From Candidatus Brocadiaceae bacterium (lineage in GTDB: Bacteria; Planctomycetota; Brocadiia; Brocadiales; Brocadiaceae), in the NCBI GenBank assembly GCA_031316145.1, contig JALDQZ010000004.1, forward strand, positions 233,958 through 265,957: a DNA stretch of 32,000 bases. Direction: 5' to 3'. Shown piece by piece: positions 1-7,890 of the stretch. The notes under the pieces are model-generated. The model had not been told where the DNA came from and did not search any database. It worked only from the letters and a program-made list of their open reading frames with translations. Position numbers and translations under genes: made by a program. Each line of letters starts with the position of its first letter. Position 1 is the stretch's first letter.

Positions 1-723
1 GTTAAACTCCTGTGGTGTTTCTATCCTGCCAAGAGTCCTCACGGTCAACTCGGTGTTGTTCCCTTCAATACTGCCGGAAGGCAACTCGATGTTTTCACGT
101 AATAATGCATTTTGAACATCCAGTGGAGTTAATTGATATGCCGCAAGACGCGATGCATCCATCCATAATCGCATGGCATATTTCTTTTGTCCCCATATTC
201 TGATTTCGCTTATTCCCGGTATCGTTTGCAAACGTTCCTTGAATGTTCTTTCTGCAATATCAGAAAGCTCAAGTAACGAGCGTTTCGTACTTTTAATATT
301 GAGATAGAGAATGGGGGTCGCGTCGGCATCCGATTTAATCACCACAGGTGAATCTGCATCAGGTGGAAGGTTCATTACCGTCCGGGAAACTCTGTCTCTT
401 ACGTCGTTCGCAGCGTTTTCAAGATCTACTTCCAGATCAAATTCCACCATAATGGTGCTTCTCCCGTCACGGCTGACGGAAGTAAGTGACCGTATGCCTG
501 CAATCCCGTTAATGGATTCCTCTAAAGGCTCTGTAATCTGCGACTCTATTACGTCAGAATTCGCGCCTGTATAATTCGTGCTTACGGTAATAATTGGTTT
601 GTCAACACCAGGATATTCACGCACTCCCAGATACCGGTATCCAATAATACCGAATAAAAGGATCGCGAGAGACATCACAATGGCAAGGACCGGTCGGTTG
701 ATACTAATGGAAGAGAGACTCAC
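1..723 (-). CDS. RND-family efflux permease (AcrB/HAE1-like), N-terminal 241 codons; gene runs off the left edge
   Basis: Absent from the ORF track because it is open at the window edge. Own minus-strand translation from GTG at 723 gives VSLSSISINRPVLAIVMSLAILLFGIIGYRYLGVREYPGVDKPIITVSTNYTGANSDVIESQITEPLEESINGIAGIRSLTSVSRDGRSTIMVEFDLEVDLENAANDVRDRV... This is the canonical AcrB-type N-terminus (TM1 then periplasmic porter subdomain). An AGAGGA SD-like motif lies upstream. The gene sits directly downstream of the adaptor gene. Confidence 0.85.
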   Translation of the reverse strand, partial: MSLSSISINRPVLAIVMSLAILLFGIIGYRYLGVREYPGVDKPIITVSTNYTGANSDVIESQITEPLEESINGIAGIRSLTSVSRDGRSTIMVEFDLEVDLENAANDVRDRVSRTVMNLPPDADSPVVIKSDADATPILYLNIKSTKRSLLELSDIAERTFKERLQTIPGISEIRIWGQKKYAMRLWMDASRLAAYQLTPLDVQNALLRENIELPSGSIEGNNTELTVRTLGRIETPQEFN

Positions 724-824
724 GTTCTAAAATCCTCTACAAAACAATTGAAGCAAAAAAAAGTATTCCTGCATATACTCTGTAAAAATGGTAAAGGATT
801 ATATGGATGTGAGCATAAAGGAAA

Positions 825-1895
825 TTAACGGATATCAGAGAGTTCTACAGGCATGCCTGGTCTGATTTGTAACATACCAGTTGTTATCAGGATATCTCCA
901 GGCTGCAAACCATCCACTATCTGAATGCTTCCGGCAGTACGGATCCCCGTTTCAACGAAAACCGGCATAGCCTTTTCTTCACGGTACACATACACCTTCT
1001 GCCTTCCGCTTTCAGGGATAAGCGCCTCCGTAGGTATCTGAATGGTATTCTCAAATTCCCTGAGAATCAGTTCTATCTGAGCAAACGCCCCCGGCAGTAT
1101 TTCGCACTTTGCATTCGGATAGACTGCCCGTATCTGCAATGTTCTGGTTTTGGGATGTATCTTTGGCTCGATGGCATATACTTCAGCTTCATAGTGTTGA
1201 GGGTCTCCTTCCACCCTGAAATAGATTTTGTTGCCGTCATTTACCCTGTTCCAGTATTTCTCCGGGACAGCAAAATCAACTTTTACCGGTGTTATGCTTA
1301 TTAAATTCGCTATGCGCATTTCCGGATACAGGTACGTCCCTTCACTTACGTACCGTAATCCGATAGCGCCGTCAAAAGGCGCTCTTATTTCCGTTTTTTT
1401 GATTCTGGCATTTACCAGATCCAATTCGGCCTGGAATGAATGTGCGCTGGTAAGTACTTTATCATACTCTTCCTGACTGATGATCCCTTTTTTGAAAAGG
1501 TCACGCTGTCGAGCTTCTATGTTGTCTGCTAATTTTTTTTGTGATAGGACTTTTTGCAATTGTGCCTGTAATTCGTCATCATTCATCTTTATCAGTAAAT
1601 CGTTTTTTTTTACTCTGCCTCCCTCCTCAAAGAAAATACGTACAATTTTGCCAGACACCTCACTGGTCAATGTGACTTCTTCATTCGGAAGCACGGTTCC
1701 GGAAACGATAATTTTATCAACGAGCCTGGAAAATTTGACACGTTGCGCACTGACAAACAAACGATCTCCGGATATTGCTGAAATCTCATTGATTTCAGGC
1801 GCAGGAGTTAAAAGCCCTGCTTTCAAAGCGCCCAGCAGGGCAATTATGACAATTACCGAGACAAGGGTAACAATTCTTATCGTTTTCTTTTTCAT
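825..1895 (-). CDS. RND efflux periplasmic adaptor (membrane fusion protein, HlyD family)
   Basis: ORF 825..1922. The probable start is ATG at 1895 (MKKKTIRIVTLVSVIVIIALLGA, an N-terminal anchor). It has a lipoyl-like segment (VTLTSEVSGKIVRIFFEEGGRVKKNDLLIKM), a coiled-coil hairpin (DDELQAQLQ...AELDLVNARIKK) and the EIRAPFDGAIG motif typical of MFPs. Confidence 0.85.
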   Translation of the reverse strand: MKKKTIRIVTLVSVIVIIALLGALKAGLLTPAPEINEISAISGDRLFVSAQRVKFSRLVDKIIVSGTVLPNEEVTLTSEVSGKIVRIFFEEGGRVKKNDLLIKMNDDELQAQLQKVLSQKKLADNIEARQRDLFKKGIISQEEYDKVLTSAHSFQAELDLVNARIKKTEIRAPFDGAIGLRYVSEGTYLYPEMRIANLISITPVKVDFAVPEKYWNRVNDGNKIYFRVEGDPQHYEAEVYAIEPKIHPKTRTLQIRAVYPNAKCEILPGAFAQIELILREFENTIQIPTEALIPESGRQKVYVYREEKAMPVFVETGIRTAGSIQIVDGLQPGDILITTGMLQIRPGMPVELSDIR

Positions 1896-1947
1896 AGTTA
1901 CCGACAGGAGAAACAACGTCACCTAGACATGTGCTACACTCGCTATA

Positions 1948-2835
1948 TTAACAAAATGTTATGGTAAAACATAGGCATTGACATAAAAATAATAACGATC
2001 CGCACTCCATCTTAAAAAAATATTGATAAACCAAAATTTGCCATAATACTGATATTGCCACAGAGGGCACAGAGAGGACAGAGTTGTAAAAAATCTGTTT
2101 TGTCTTCAACAATCTGTTCTTACAAAAATTACAAAACAAATTCTGATTATTACAATCGGTTAGAGTAACTGGAATACTCTGGTATTCCCCTTCATCAGGG
2201 GAATTCAACTGTTTCTTCTGAGAGTGACGCATGGTAATCGGATTACCCCCTCCTTTATCTTCCCCCTCACCAGATGAAGAAACAGGAGCAATGCCTGGCA
2301 ATGATAATTGACGGGAGTCTATGACGGGATACTGATTGGTGAGGACCTGATCCCTGCCATTGTATATCTGAACACATGCTTCATTCAGTCCTATTCCATC
2401 CACTTTTATAAGATCATATTTGCCCCTTCCTTTTCCAATACCCTGTTTTCCCAGTTCGGTAAAGGTATAAATAAAATAGGGGATATAATCTATGGCCTTG
2501 CCAACAAGGATAAGATTGAAGGAAAATGAATCGCCCGGTATAAAAAGGAGCTTTTCGTCCGCAGGTGGTTCTATAACAAACGGATGAGGTACCCTGGGGT
2601 AGAGACGAAGAATTTCCGCATCTTCAGGAAGCGGGGTCTCAAAGGTGTAGGCATAGATGCGCGTATTCTTGAGGAGGCAGCCATCACAGGCCTTCCCTTT
2701 TACCACGCGCACCACACGCTTAAAGGTCTACCCGAAACCGCCCCGAAAGGCAGAGCCCTTATAGGGAGGAAATCGGATGTGTTCCCTGGCACAAATGGTG
2801 AATCTGAACTTTGCCAGACGAAAAGAGAAAGACAT
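1948..2835 (-). pseudogene. Cas6-family RAMP endoribonuclease-like gene remnant (in-frame TAG, aberrant C-terminal half)
   Basis: Own translation from ATG 2835 gives MSFSFRLAKFRFTICAREHIRFPPYKGSAFRGGFG, then TAG at 2730..2728. The same frame continues into track ORF 1948..2715: TFKRVVRVVKGKACDGCLLKNTRIYAYTFETP...RVPHPFVIEPP...FSFNLILVGKAIDYIPYFIYTFTELGKQGIGKGRGKYDL. The GSxFRGxFG N-terminal motif and the glycine-rich G-x-G-K-G-R-G-K loop match what I recall of Cas6/PF10040-type RAMP proteins. The last ~120 codons are low-complexity and look non-homologous. Confidence 0.5.
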
Positions 2836-3335
2836 ATGTTCTTTTAAAACCAAAAAAGGGTTTTGAAAAATAATCACCCCTTATCATAATTTCTTCCCCT
2901 TACCAACAAGTAACACTATAGTGACTGGAAAAAAGAAAATCAACAGAAAAAGATGCCGCCTTTATTTCCCGAAATGTATTGTATTCAGGGAAAAGATAGA
3001 CATTCACGCGCTTTTCCCCTGTTAATCTGTCTACGTCTGGTAAGAAATCCGACATACTTCTCTGTTTAGGAATTTCAATGCTTCGATTCCGCTCCGCATT
3101 ACATCATTCCAAACGGAGTCGAGGAATTAAAGTTGCCAAAAGCTAAGACCCTGTCTGGGAATTTCAAAGTTCGTCATATTCACTGTGCATAAGTACAGCC
3201 CCAAACTTGTGCTGAACTTGATTCAATAATGGCGTGAAGCAACGACAGGGATGTCGTTGTAGCTATTTTGTAAGAGTTGCGCCTGTCTGCATGCGGTTTA
3301 CGAACAGGCAGGCATGATGCGCTAACTCGAATTTT

Positions 3336-3647
3336 TTATTTCATGAGGGAATGAATCCGCTTTGTATCAAGGAGGGCCTTTTCCATTGCTACCAGCGGGG
3401 TGATCTCTATGTCGGTAAAAAACGGAAAGAGTGGTAGTTTGGAGACAATCTCTTCCATCTCCTCATGGGATTCCGCGTCGATGATGGCGGCCGCCCCCCG
3501 CCTTCCAGCCAGTTTTCCCCCTGCCAGAATCTTCCCTCGCCTCTGGAACCGGGAGAAATACTCCCATTCCTTAATCACATATCCCAGAAAATCCTTTACC
3601 GGCATCTGAGGCATCTGTTTTACCTCAACCTTTAAAAGATATAACAT
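3336..3647 (-). CDS. Muconolactone delta-isomerase-like small alpha+beta (ferredoxin-fold) protein
   Basis: 103 aa. It starts MLYLLKVEVK...MP...EWEY...RRGKILAGGKLAGRRGAAAIIDAESHEEMEEIVSKLPLFPFFTDIEITPL. This parallels the MLFxVxMxV...G...DVxSxxELHxLLxSLPLFPYMxIxVTPL pattern of muconolactone isomerases. Confidence 0.5.
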   Translation of the reverse strand: MLYLLKVEVKQMPQMPVKDFLGYVIKEWEYFSRFQRRGKILAGGKLAGRRGAAAIIDAESHEEMEEIVSKLPLFPFFTDIEITPLVAMEKALLDTKRIHSLMK

Positions 3648-3796
3648 AGATTTCTACCCTTCCTAACCTTGCCAAGCTAAGGACCAAAAAAGAATACATT
3701 TCTTCTCTGTACTGGTTCGATCAGGTTCTCAAATGAAAAACCCCTAATTCGAAAGAATCAGAAAAGACACAATCTGTGCCAAGAAAATCATAAGTC

Positions 3797-3829
3797 AACC
3801 CTGTCAGGGTTTTAAACCCTGACAGGGTT
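3797..3829. repeat. Tandem pair of the palindromic motif AACCCTG(T/A)CAGGGTT; able to form a perfect 15-bp stem with a 3-nt loop; possible bidirectional terminator downstream of fabG
   Basis: 3797-3811 AACCCTGTCAGGGTT and 3815-3829 AACCCTGACAGGGTT are exact reverse complements of each other, and each is also self-complementary. The pair lies between the fabG stop (3926) and the start of the next minus-strand gene (3647). There is no adjacent U-run, so it is not a canonical intrinsic terminator. Confidence 0.5.
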
Positions 3830-3925
3830 AATTATATGTCAAAGTGCTTTTTGCAGAAGGGTTATTTACTTGTGCCGGAGAGTCGGCACCATACCATACA
3901 GCAACAACCACGGGTCCCCTGTCCT

Positions 3926-4669
3926 CTACATGGCCAGACCGCCGTCCACCTTGATAACATTTCCGGTAATATATTTTGCGTCATCAGATAACAGGAATCT
4001 TGCAACCCTGGCAACCTCCTCGGGAGCGCCAAATCTTCTCACCGGGACCATTTCGACCATCTTGTCCTTATAATCCTGAGGCAAAACGGCCGTCATATCC
4101 GTTTCGATAAAACCACAGGCAATCGCGTTTACGGTAACTTTGGCCTTTCCTACTTCCTTCGCAAGCGCCTTGGTGAAACCGATCATACCCGCCTTTGAAG
4201 AAGAATAATTTACCTGCCCTGCCATACCCATAATACCACTCACGGAGGAAATGTTTACAATACTGCCTGACTTTTGTTTGATCATTTGCATAATGACCGC
4301 TTTGGAAAAATTGTAGACACTTTTCAGATTCGTATTCATCACATCGTCCCAATCTCCTTCGCTCATCGTGGCAAGCAATTTATCACGGGTAATCCCCGCA
4401 TTGTTTACCAGAAAGTCAACCCTGCCAAAGGTGTTTTTTACTTCTTTTACCATATTTTTGGCATCTTCGAAATTAGCAACATCTACTTGAAACGGAATGC
4501 CCTTTACCCCTAAAGACTCAATTTCTTTTACCAGTGCATCTGCCATATCACCGCTCTTGTTGTAATTGAAGGCAATGTTACAGCCGCTTTTCGCAAGCTC
4601 TAGCACAATTGCCTTGCCTATGCCCCGCGTACCGCCGGTAACAATGGCAACCTTATCCTTTAATTCCAT
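3926..4669 (-). CDS. fabG: 3-oxoacyl-[ACP] reductase (SDR family)
   Basis: 247 aa. It has the TGGTRGIGKAI cofactor motif, NNAG, the catalytic S...YSSSKAG (Y-x3-K) and the end-to-end FabG pattern. A strong AGGAGGA RBS lies upstream of the ATG at 4669. Confidence 0.9.
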   Translation of the reverse strand: MELKDKVAIVTGGTRGIGKAIVLELAKSGCNIAFNYNKSGDMADALVKEIESLGVKGIPFQVDVANFEDAKNMVKEVKNTFGRVDFLVNNAGITRDKLLATMSEGDWDDVMNTNLKSVYNFSKAVIMQMIKQKSGSIVNISSVSGIMGMAGQVNYSSSKAGMIGFTKALAKEVGKAKVTVNAIACGFIETDMTAVLPQDYKDKMVEMVPVRRFGAPEEVARVARFLLSDDAKYITGNVIKVDGGLAM

Positions 4670-4793
4670 TCGATATTCCTCCTGTTTCTGTGTTTCCCCT
4701 TTCGCACAAGTATTGTTTTGCTTGAACGCATAGTAAAGAAATGGCTTTTGAAATGCAAGGCAAAAACCGGTACGTATTTGGCGAAAAAACGTT

Positions 4794-5600
4794 TTATTCG
4801 CCTTCCTTCACCAGCTTTAACCGCATCATCTCAGCAAAGAGTCCAACCTCATATTCAATACCTTTGCGAATGTCATTTTCCATGGCAAAATTGATACACT
4901 TTTTCATCTCTTTGAGCACCCTCGCATCCCGTTCCAGAAGCACCTTTGCCATATCGACGGCATGATGTAACACTTCTTTATGAGGTGATACTTGGTTAAC
5001 GAGTCCCCACTCCAGGGCTGTTTCAGCTCGAATCATCTTGCCAAGAAATAACATTTCTTTCGCACGCGCGGCGCCGACAATACGAGGTAGACGTTGTGTC
5101 GCCCCCAAACCCGGAATAATGCCAAGTTCCGGTTTTGCCTCAGGCAGACTGAAAAAAGATATTTCCGATGCTATGCGTAAGTCACACAACATCGCAAGCT
5201 CCAATCCTGCGCCAATAGTCACTCCGTTAATAGCAGCAATCACCGGTTTTTTACAATTTTCTATTTCTATAAATATCTCCTGAGCACGATGAAAACGTTC
5301 ATAGTTTTTCTCAGCCACAAGACCGGAAATCCATTGACCGAAGAGCTCGTCACGGTCAGCGCCGTCACTGAAAACCCCCCTGAGCTTGCTAGCAATAATA
5401 ATGACACCGATTTTGTCATCGCCTTCATACTGATCCATCTTGTCATAGATAGCATCCAGAAGCCATGAACCAATGGAGTTCCTGGGACTCTTCTTCATAT
5501 ATATAACACCAATGGCCTTACCAGTATCAGCCATGATTTCTTCGTATTCAATGTGGTCATAACCAGAGTTATCACCACGGTTCATGCGTATATCTTTCAT
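4794..5600 (-). CDS. Enoyl-CoA hydratase/isomerase (crotonase) family protein
   Basis: Crotonase fold motifs are present: FSDGAD oxyanion segment, NGVTIGAGLELAMLCD, LPEAKPELGIIPGLGATQRL. Both canonical catalytic Glu positions appear retained. Start chosen at ATG 5600 (MKDIRMN...), which overlaps the upstream gene's TGA as ATGA. The track ORF extends to 5663 only by read-through into the upstream gene. Confidence 0.85.
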   Translation of the reverse strand: MKDIRMNRGDNSGYDHIEYEEIMADTGKAIGVIYMKKSPRNSIGSWLLDAIYDKMDQYEGDDKIGVIIIASKLRGVFSDGADRDELFGQWISGLVAEKNYERFHRAQEIFIEIENCKKPVIAAINGVTIGAGLELAMLCDLRIASEISFFSLPEAKPELGIIPGLGATQRLPRIVGAARAKEMLFLGKMIRAETALEWGLVNQVSPHKEVLHHAVDMAKVLLERDARVLKEMKKCINFAMENDIRKGIEYEVGLFAEMMRLKLVKEGE

Positions 5601-7639
5601 ATTTTCAATGCGGTTTGAAACCCCTCGTGAACTGCTTCCAGCGCCGTGCGCACCTTGACACAATCACCGATACAATACATCTCCTCAAATTTGCCCTCTA
5701 TCTGCCTTCGCAAATCTTCGTTCGGGCAATACCCCACGGCAATGATGATTGTATCCGCCTTAACCGTATGGTCCAGGCCGCCCTTTTCATAGACAACCTG
5801 GCTCATGGTTTTTCCATTTTCTTTATGGTTACTGATTACTTCTTTCACTTTTACCTCAGTAATTTCTTTTATTCCCGCGGATTTTAACTCGTCGAGAATA
5901 ATCCATCTTGTAGAAATGCCAAATCCACCACCAAGCTTCTTTTTCATTTCAAGAACGGTAATGTTTCTGTTTCCCTTTGTTGTAAGCTCCACGACATCCT
6001 GTGCATTGATAACGTCGTGTTTTAGAAGAAAACAGGCCACATCCGGAGTCATTGCCCCCTGTCTGGCAATATGTAAGGCAACCTCGCTCCCTATCGTACC
6101 CCCCCCAATTATGACCACGTCTTTACCAAGGTGTACTTTCCCTTCCAGTACTGAACAGGCAAGACATACGCTCTTTTCGTTCATTCCTGGCAGATCGAGC
6201 ATTATGGGATTACCGCCGGTAGCAACAACTACCGCATCGGGACGTTCTTTTTCCAGCGTATGCAAATCCACCTCTTTTCCCAATATGATATTCACCTTTA
6301 GCTTCGTTATCTGCCGCTCCAGATAGGAAATCATATGTTGTATTTCTTCGCGTCCCGGAGGAATAAAGGCAAAACGCAATTGTCCTCCCAGTTGATTATT
6401 CCTATCGTATAGCGTTACATTGTGTCCCCGTAACGTTAAAACACGTGCCGCTTCCATACCTGCTGGTCCTCCTCCTACGACCACAACCTTTTTTTGTTTG
6501 TCCGTTTTGGCTATTTTGTATTCCCCTTCATGTCCTGCCCTTGCGTTATAGGTACAGGATATCGACTTAAAACTCAATAGAGAGTCAAAACATCCCTGAT
6601 TGCAGGCAATACAAGACCTGATATCATCCAATTGTCCACCTTCATATTTCTTCGGTAACTCCGGGTCCGCAATAAGGGGTCTGCCAATGGACACCATATC
6701 CGCCTGTTCATTGTCTAAAATTTCTTCTGCCAACGTAAGGTCGTTAATGCGCACAGAAGCAAGCACCGGAACGTTTACCTGCGATCGGATTCTATCTGAT
6801 AAAAATACATATGCCATACGGGGAATGATCATCGACATGATGGGCGTCCTGCTTTCATGCCAGCCGGGAGAAACATTAAATGCGTCGGCGCCTGCCTGTT
6901 CCAATATTCTGGCAATTTCAAGACTCTCATCCAGTTCAAGCCCATCCTTCACGAAATCATTTCCTGAAAGCCTGAAGATAACCGGATAATCATCACCCGC
7001 CGCGTCCTTGATCGCTATAATTATTTCCCTGGCAAATCGAACCCTGTTTTCAAGGGTTCCCCCATATTCATCACTTCGTTTATTCGTTGCCGGCGAAAGG
7101 AACTGATTAATAAGGTAACCCATCCCTCCATGTAATTCCACCGCGTCAAACCCCGCCTTCTTTATCCTGACTGTGGCATTGACATATCCGTCAATAACCT
7201 TTTTTATCTCCGGAACCGTTAAGATATGGGGCTCCTGCTTTATGTTCTTGTGAGCCAGTGATGACGGTGCAATGGGCTGCATCTTTGTAAAAAAAGAGGA
7301 CGCGCTTCTTCCGCCATGAAGCAATTGCGCTGCAATACGTGTGTCATATTCGTGAACAGCGTCAGCAAGCCTTTTTAATTCCGGAATGAATTCATCCTTA
7401 TCCAATCCGATGATACTCTTCCATACCTTGCCACCCATTTGCGGATAGCACCCTCCAATAACAATGAGACCTACCCCCCCCTTTGCCCTTTCCACATAAA
7501 AATTAATAATACGATCGTTTATTGCCCCATCAGAAGTAAATCCCAAATCCATGGCGGACATGGAGATCCTGTTCTTTACGATCATTTTGCCAATCGTTAT
7601 GTGAGTAAATAATTTGCTCATAACTTTATTCTGGATCAC
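5597..7639 (-). CDS. 2,4-dienoyl-CoA reductase-like / enoate reductase-like flavoprotein (OYE TIM barrel + 4Fe-4S + FAD/NAD(P) domains)
   Basis: 680 aa. The N-terminal Old Yellow Enzyme-like barrel shows HGGMGYLINQFLSP and NKRSDEYGG. A Cys cluster CIACNQGC...C is present. Two Rossmann GxGxxG motifs follow (VVVVGGGPAGMEAA, VVIIGGGTIGSEVA). This is the FadH architecture. The start is GTG 7639, preceded by a TAAGGA SD; an alternative ATG lies at 7621. Confidence 0.85.
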   Translation of the reverse strand: MIQNKVMSKLFTHITIGKMIVKNRISMSAMDLGFTSDGAINDRIINFYVERAKGGVGLIVIGGCYPQMGGKVWKSIIGLDKDEFIPELKRLADAVHEYDTRIAAQLLHGGRSASSFFTKMQPIAPSSLAHKNIKQEPHILTVPEIKKVIDGYVNATVRIKKAGFDAVELHGGMGYLINQFLSPATNKRSDEYGGTLENRVRFAREIIIAIKDAAGDDYPVIFRLSGNDFVKDGLELDESLEIARILEQAGADAFNVSPGWHESRTPIMSMIIPRMAYVFLSDRIRSQVNVPVLASVRINDLTLAEEILDNEQADMVSIGRPLIADPELPKKYEGGQLDDIRSCIACNQGCFDSLLSFKSISCTYNARAGHEGEYKIAKTDKQKKVVVVGGGPAGMEAARVLTLRGHNVTLYDRNNQLGGQLRFAFIPPGREEIQHMISYLERQITKLKVNIILGKEVDLHTLEKERPDAVVVATGGNPIMLDLPGMNEKSVCLACSVLEGKVHLGKDVVIIGGGTIGSEVALHIARQGAMTPDVACFLLKHDVINAQDVVELTTKGNRNITVLEMKKKLGGGFGISTRWIILDELKSAGIKEITEVKVKEVISNHKENGKTMSQVVYEKGGLDHTVKADTIIIAVGYCPNEDLRRQIEGKFEEMYCIGDCVKVRTALEAVHEGFQTALKI

Positions 7640-7689
7640 TGATCCTTACCTACCATTCCCGGATTTACATTGGTATTTTGTTCTAATTC

Positions 7690-7890
7690 TCAGTTTTCAA
7701 ATGCGTTACGATTATAAGTTGCACATCTAAATTTGTCAAGCCTATCCCCCTCTTGAATGCGCATCCTCCGCCACTCTTGCAAAAAATCTACAAAAAAATC
7801 CATGTCGTTGCTTCTCGCCATTTTGTATAGATACTTGTGCGCAGAAGGCCGTAGTATACATTTACACCAACCACAATCACACAGTATCAC
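7690..7890 (-). CDS. Hypothetical 66-codon ORF (doubtful)
   Basis: Its GTG start overlaps the stop of the upstream Mut7-C gene (GTGA). No recognisable motif. It fills the gap between the Mut7-C and FadH-like genes on the same strand. Confidence 0.2.
   Translation of the reverse strand: MILCDCGWCKCILRPSAHKYLYKMARSNDMDFFVDFLQEWRRMRIQEGDRLDKFRCATYNRNAFEN

Noticed and set aside
1480-1926. 148-aa plus-strand ORF (and 1228-1476) opposite the RND adaptor gene
   Set aside because: A shadow frame of a confidently assigned minus-strand gene, with no independent support.
2058-2083. Short tandem 9-mer series GCCACAGAG-GGCACAGAG-AGGACAGAG
   Set aside because: It is a very short, degenerate low-complexity repeat inside the decayed tail of the pseudogene. 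There is no evidence of function from this window alone.
2850-3335. Possible CRISPR array beside the Cas6-like remnant
   Set aside because: Only two partial repeat copies (3068-3084 and 3157-3172) are present, with irregular spacing and no regular repeat-spacer periodicity. It is kept only as a low-interest structured-region finding.
4068-4352. 94-aa minus-strand ORF in an alternative frame of fabG
   Set aside because: It is embedded in fabG, whose own frame has complete SDR motifs. The alternative frame is Gly/Arg/Tyr-rich with no motifs.
5601-5663. N-terminal 21-codon extension of the crotonase ORF (MCQGAHGAGSSSRGVSNRIEN)
   Set aside because: It overlaps the C-terminus of the FadH-like gene. 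ATG 5600 gives the classic ATGA coupling and a sensible crotonase N-terminus.
5805-6326. 173-aa plus-strand ORF (and similar ones at 5615-5887 and 6600-6989) inside the FadH-like gene
   Set aside because: These are antisense shadow ORFs within a gene with strong family motifs. Their translations are low-complexity (Ser/Phe/Thr-rich) with no motifs or RBS.
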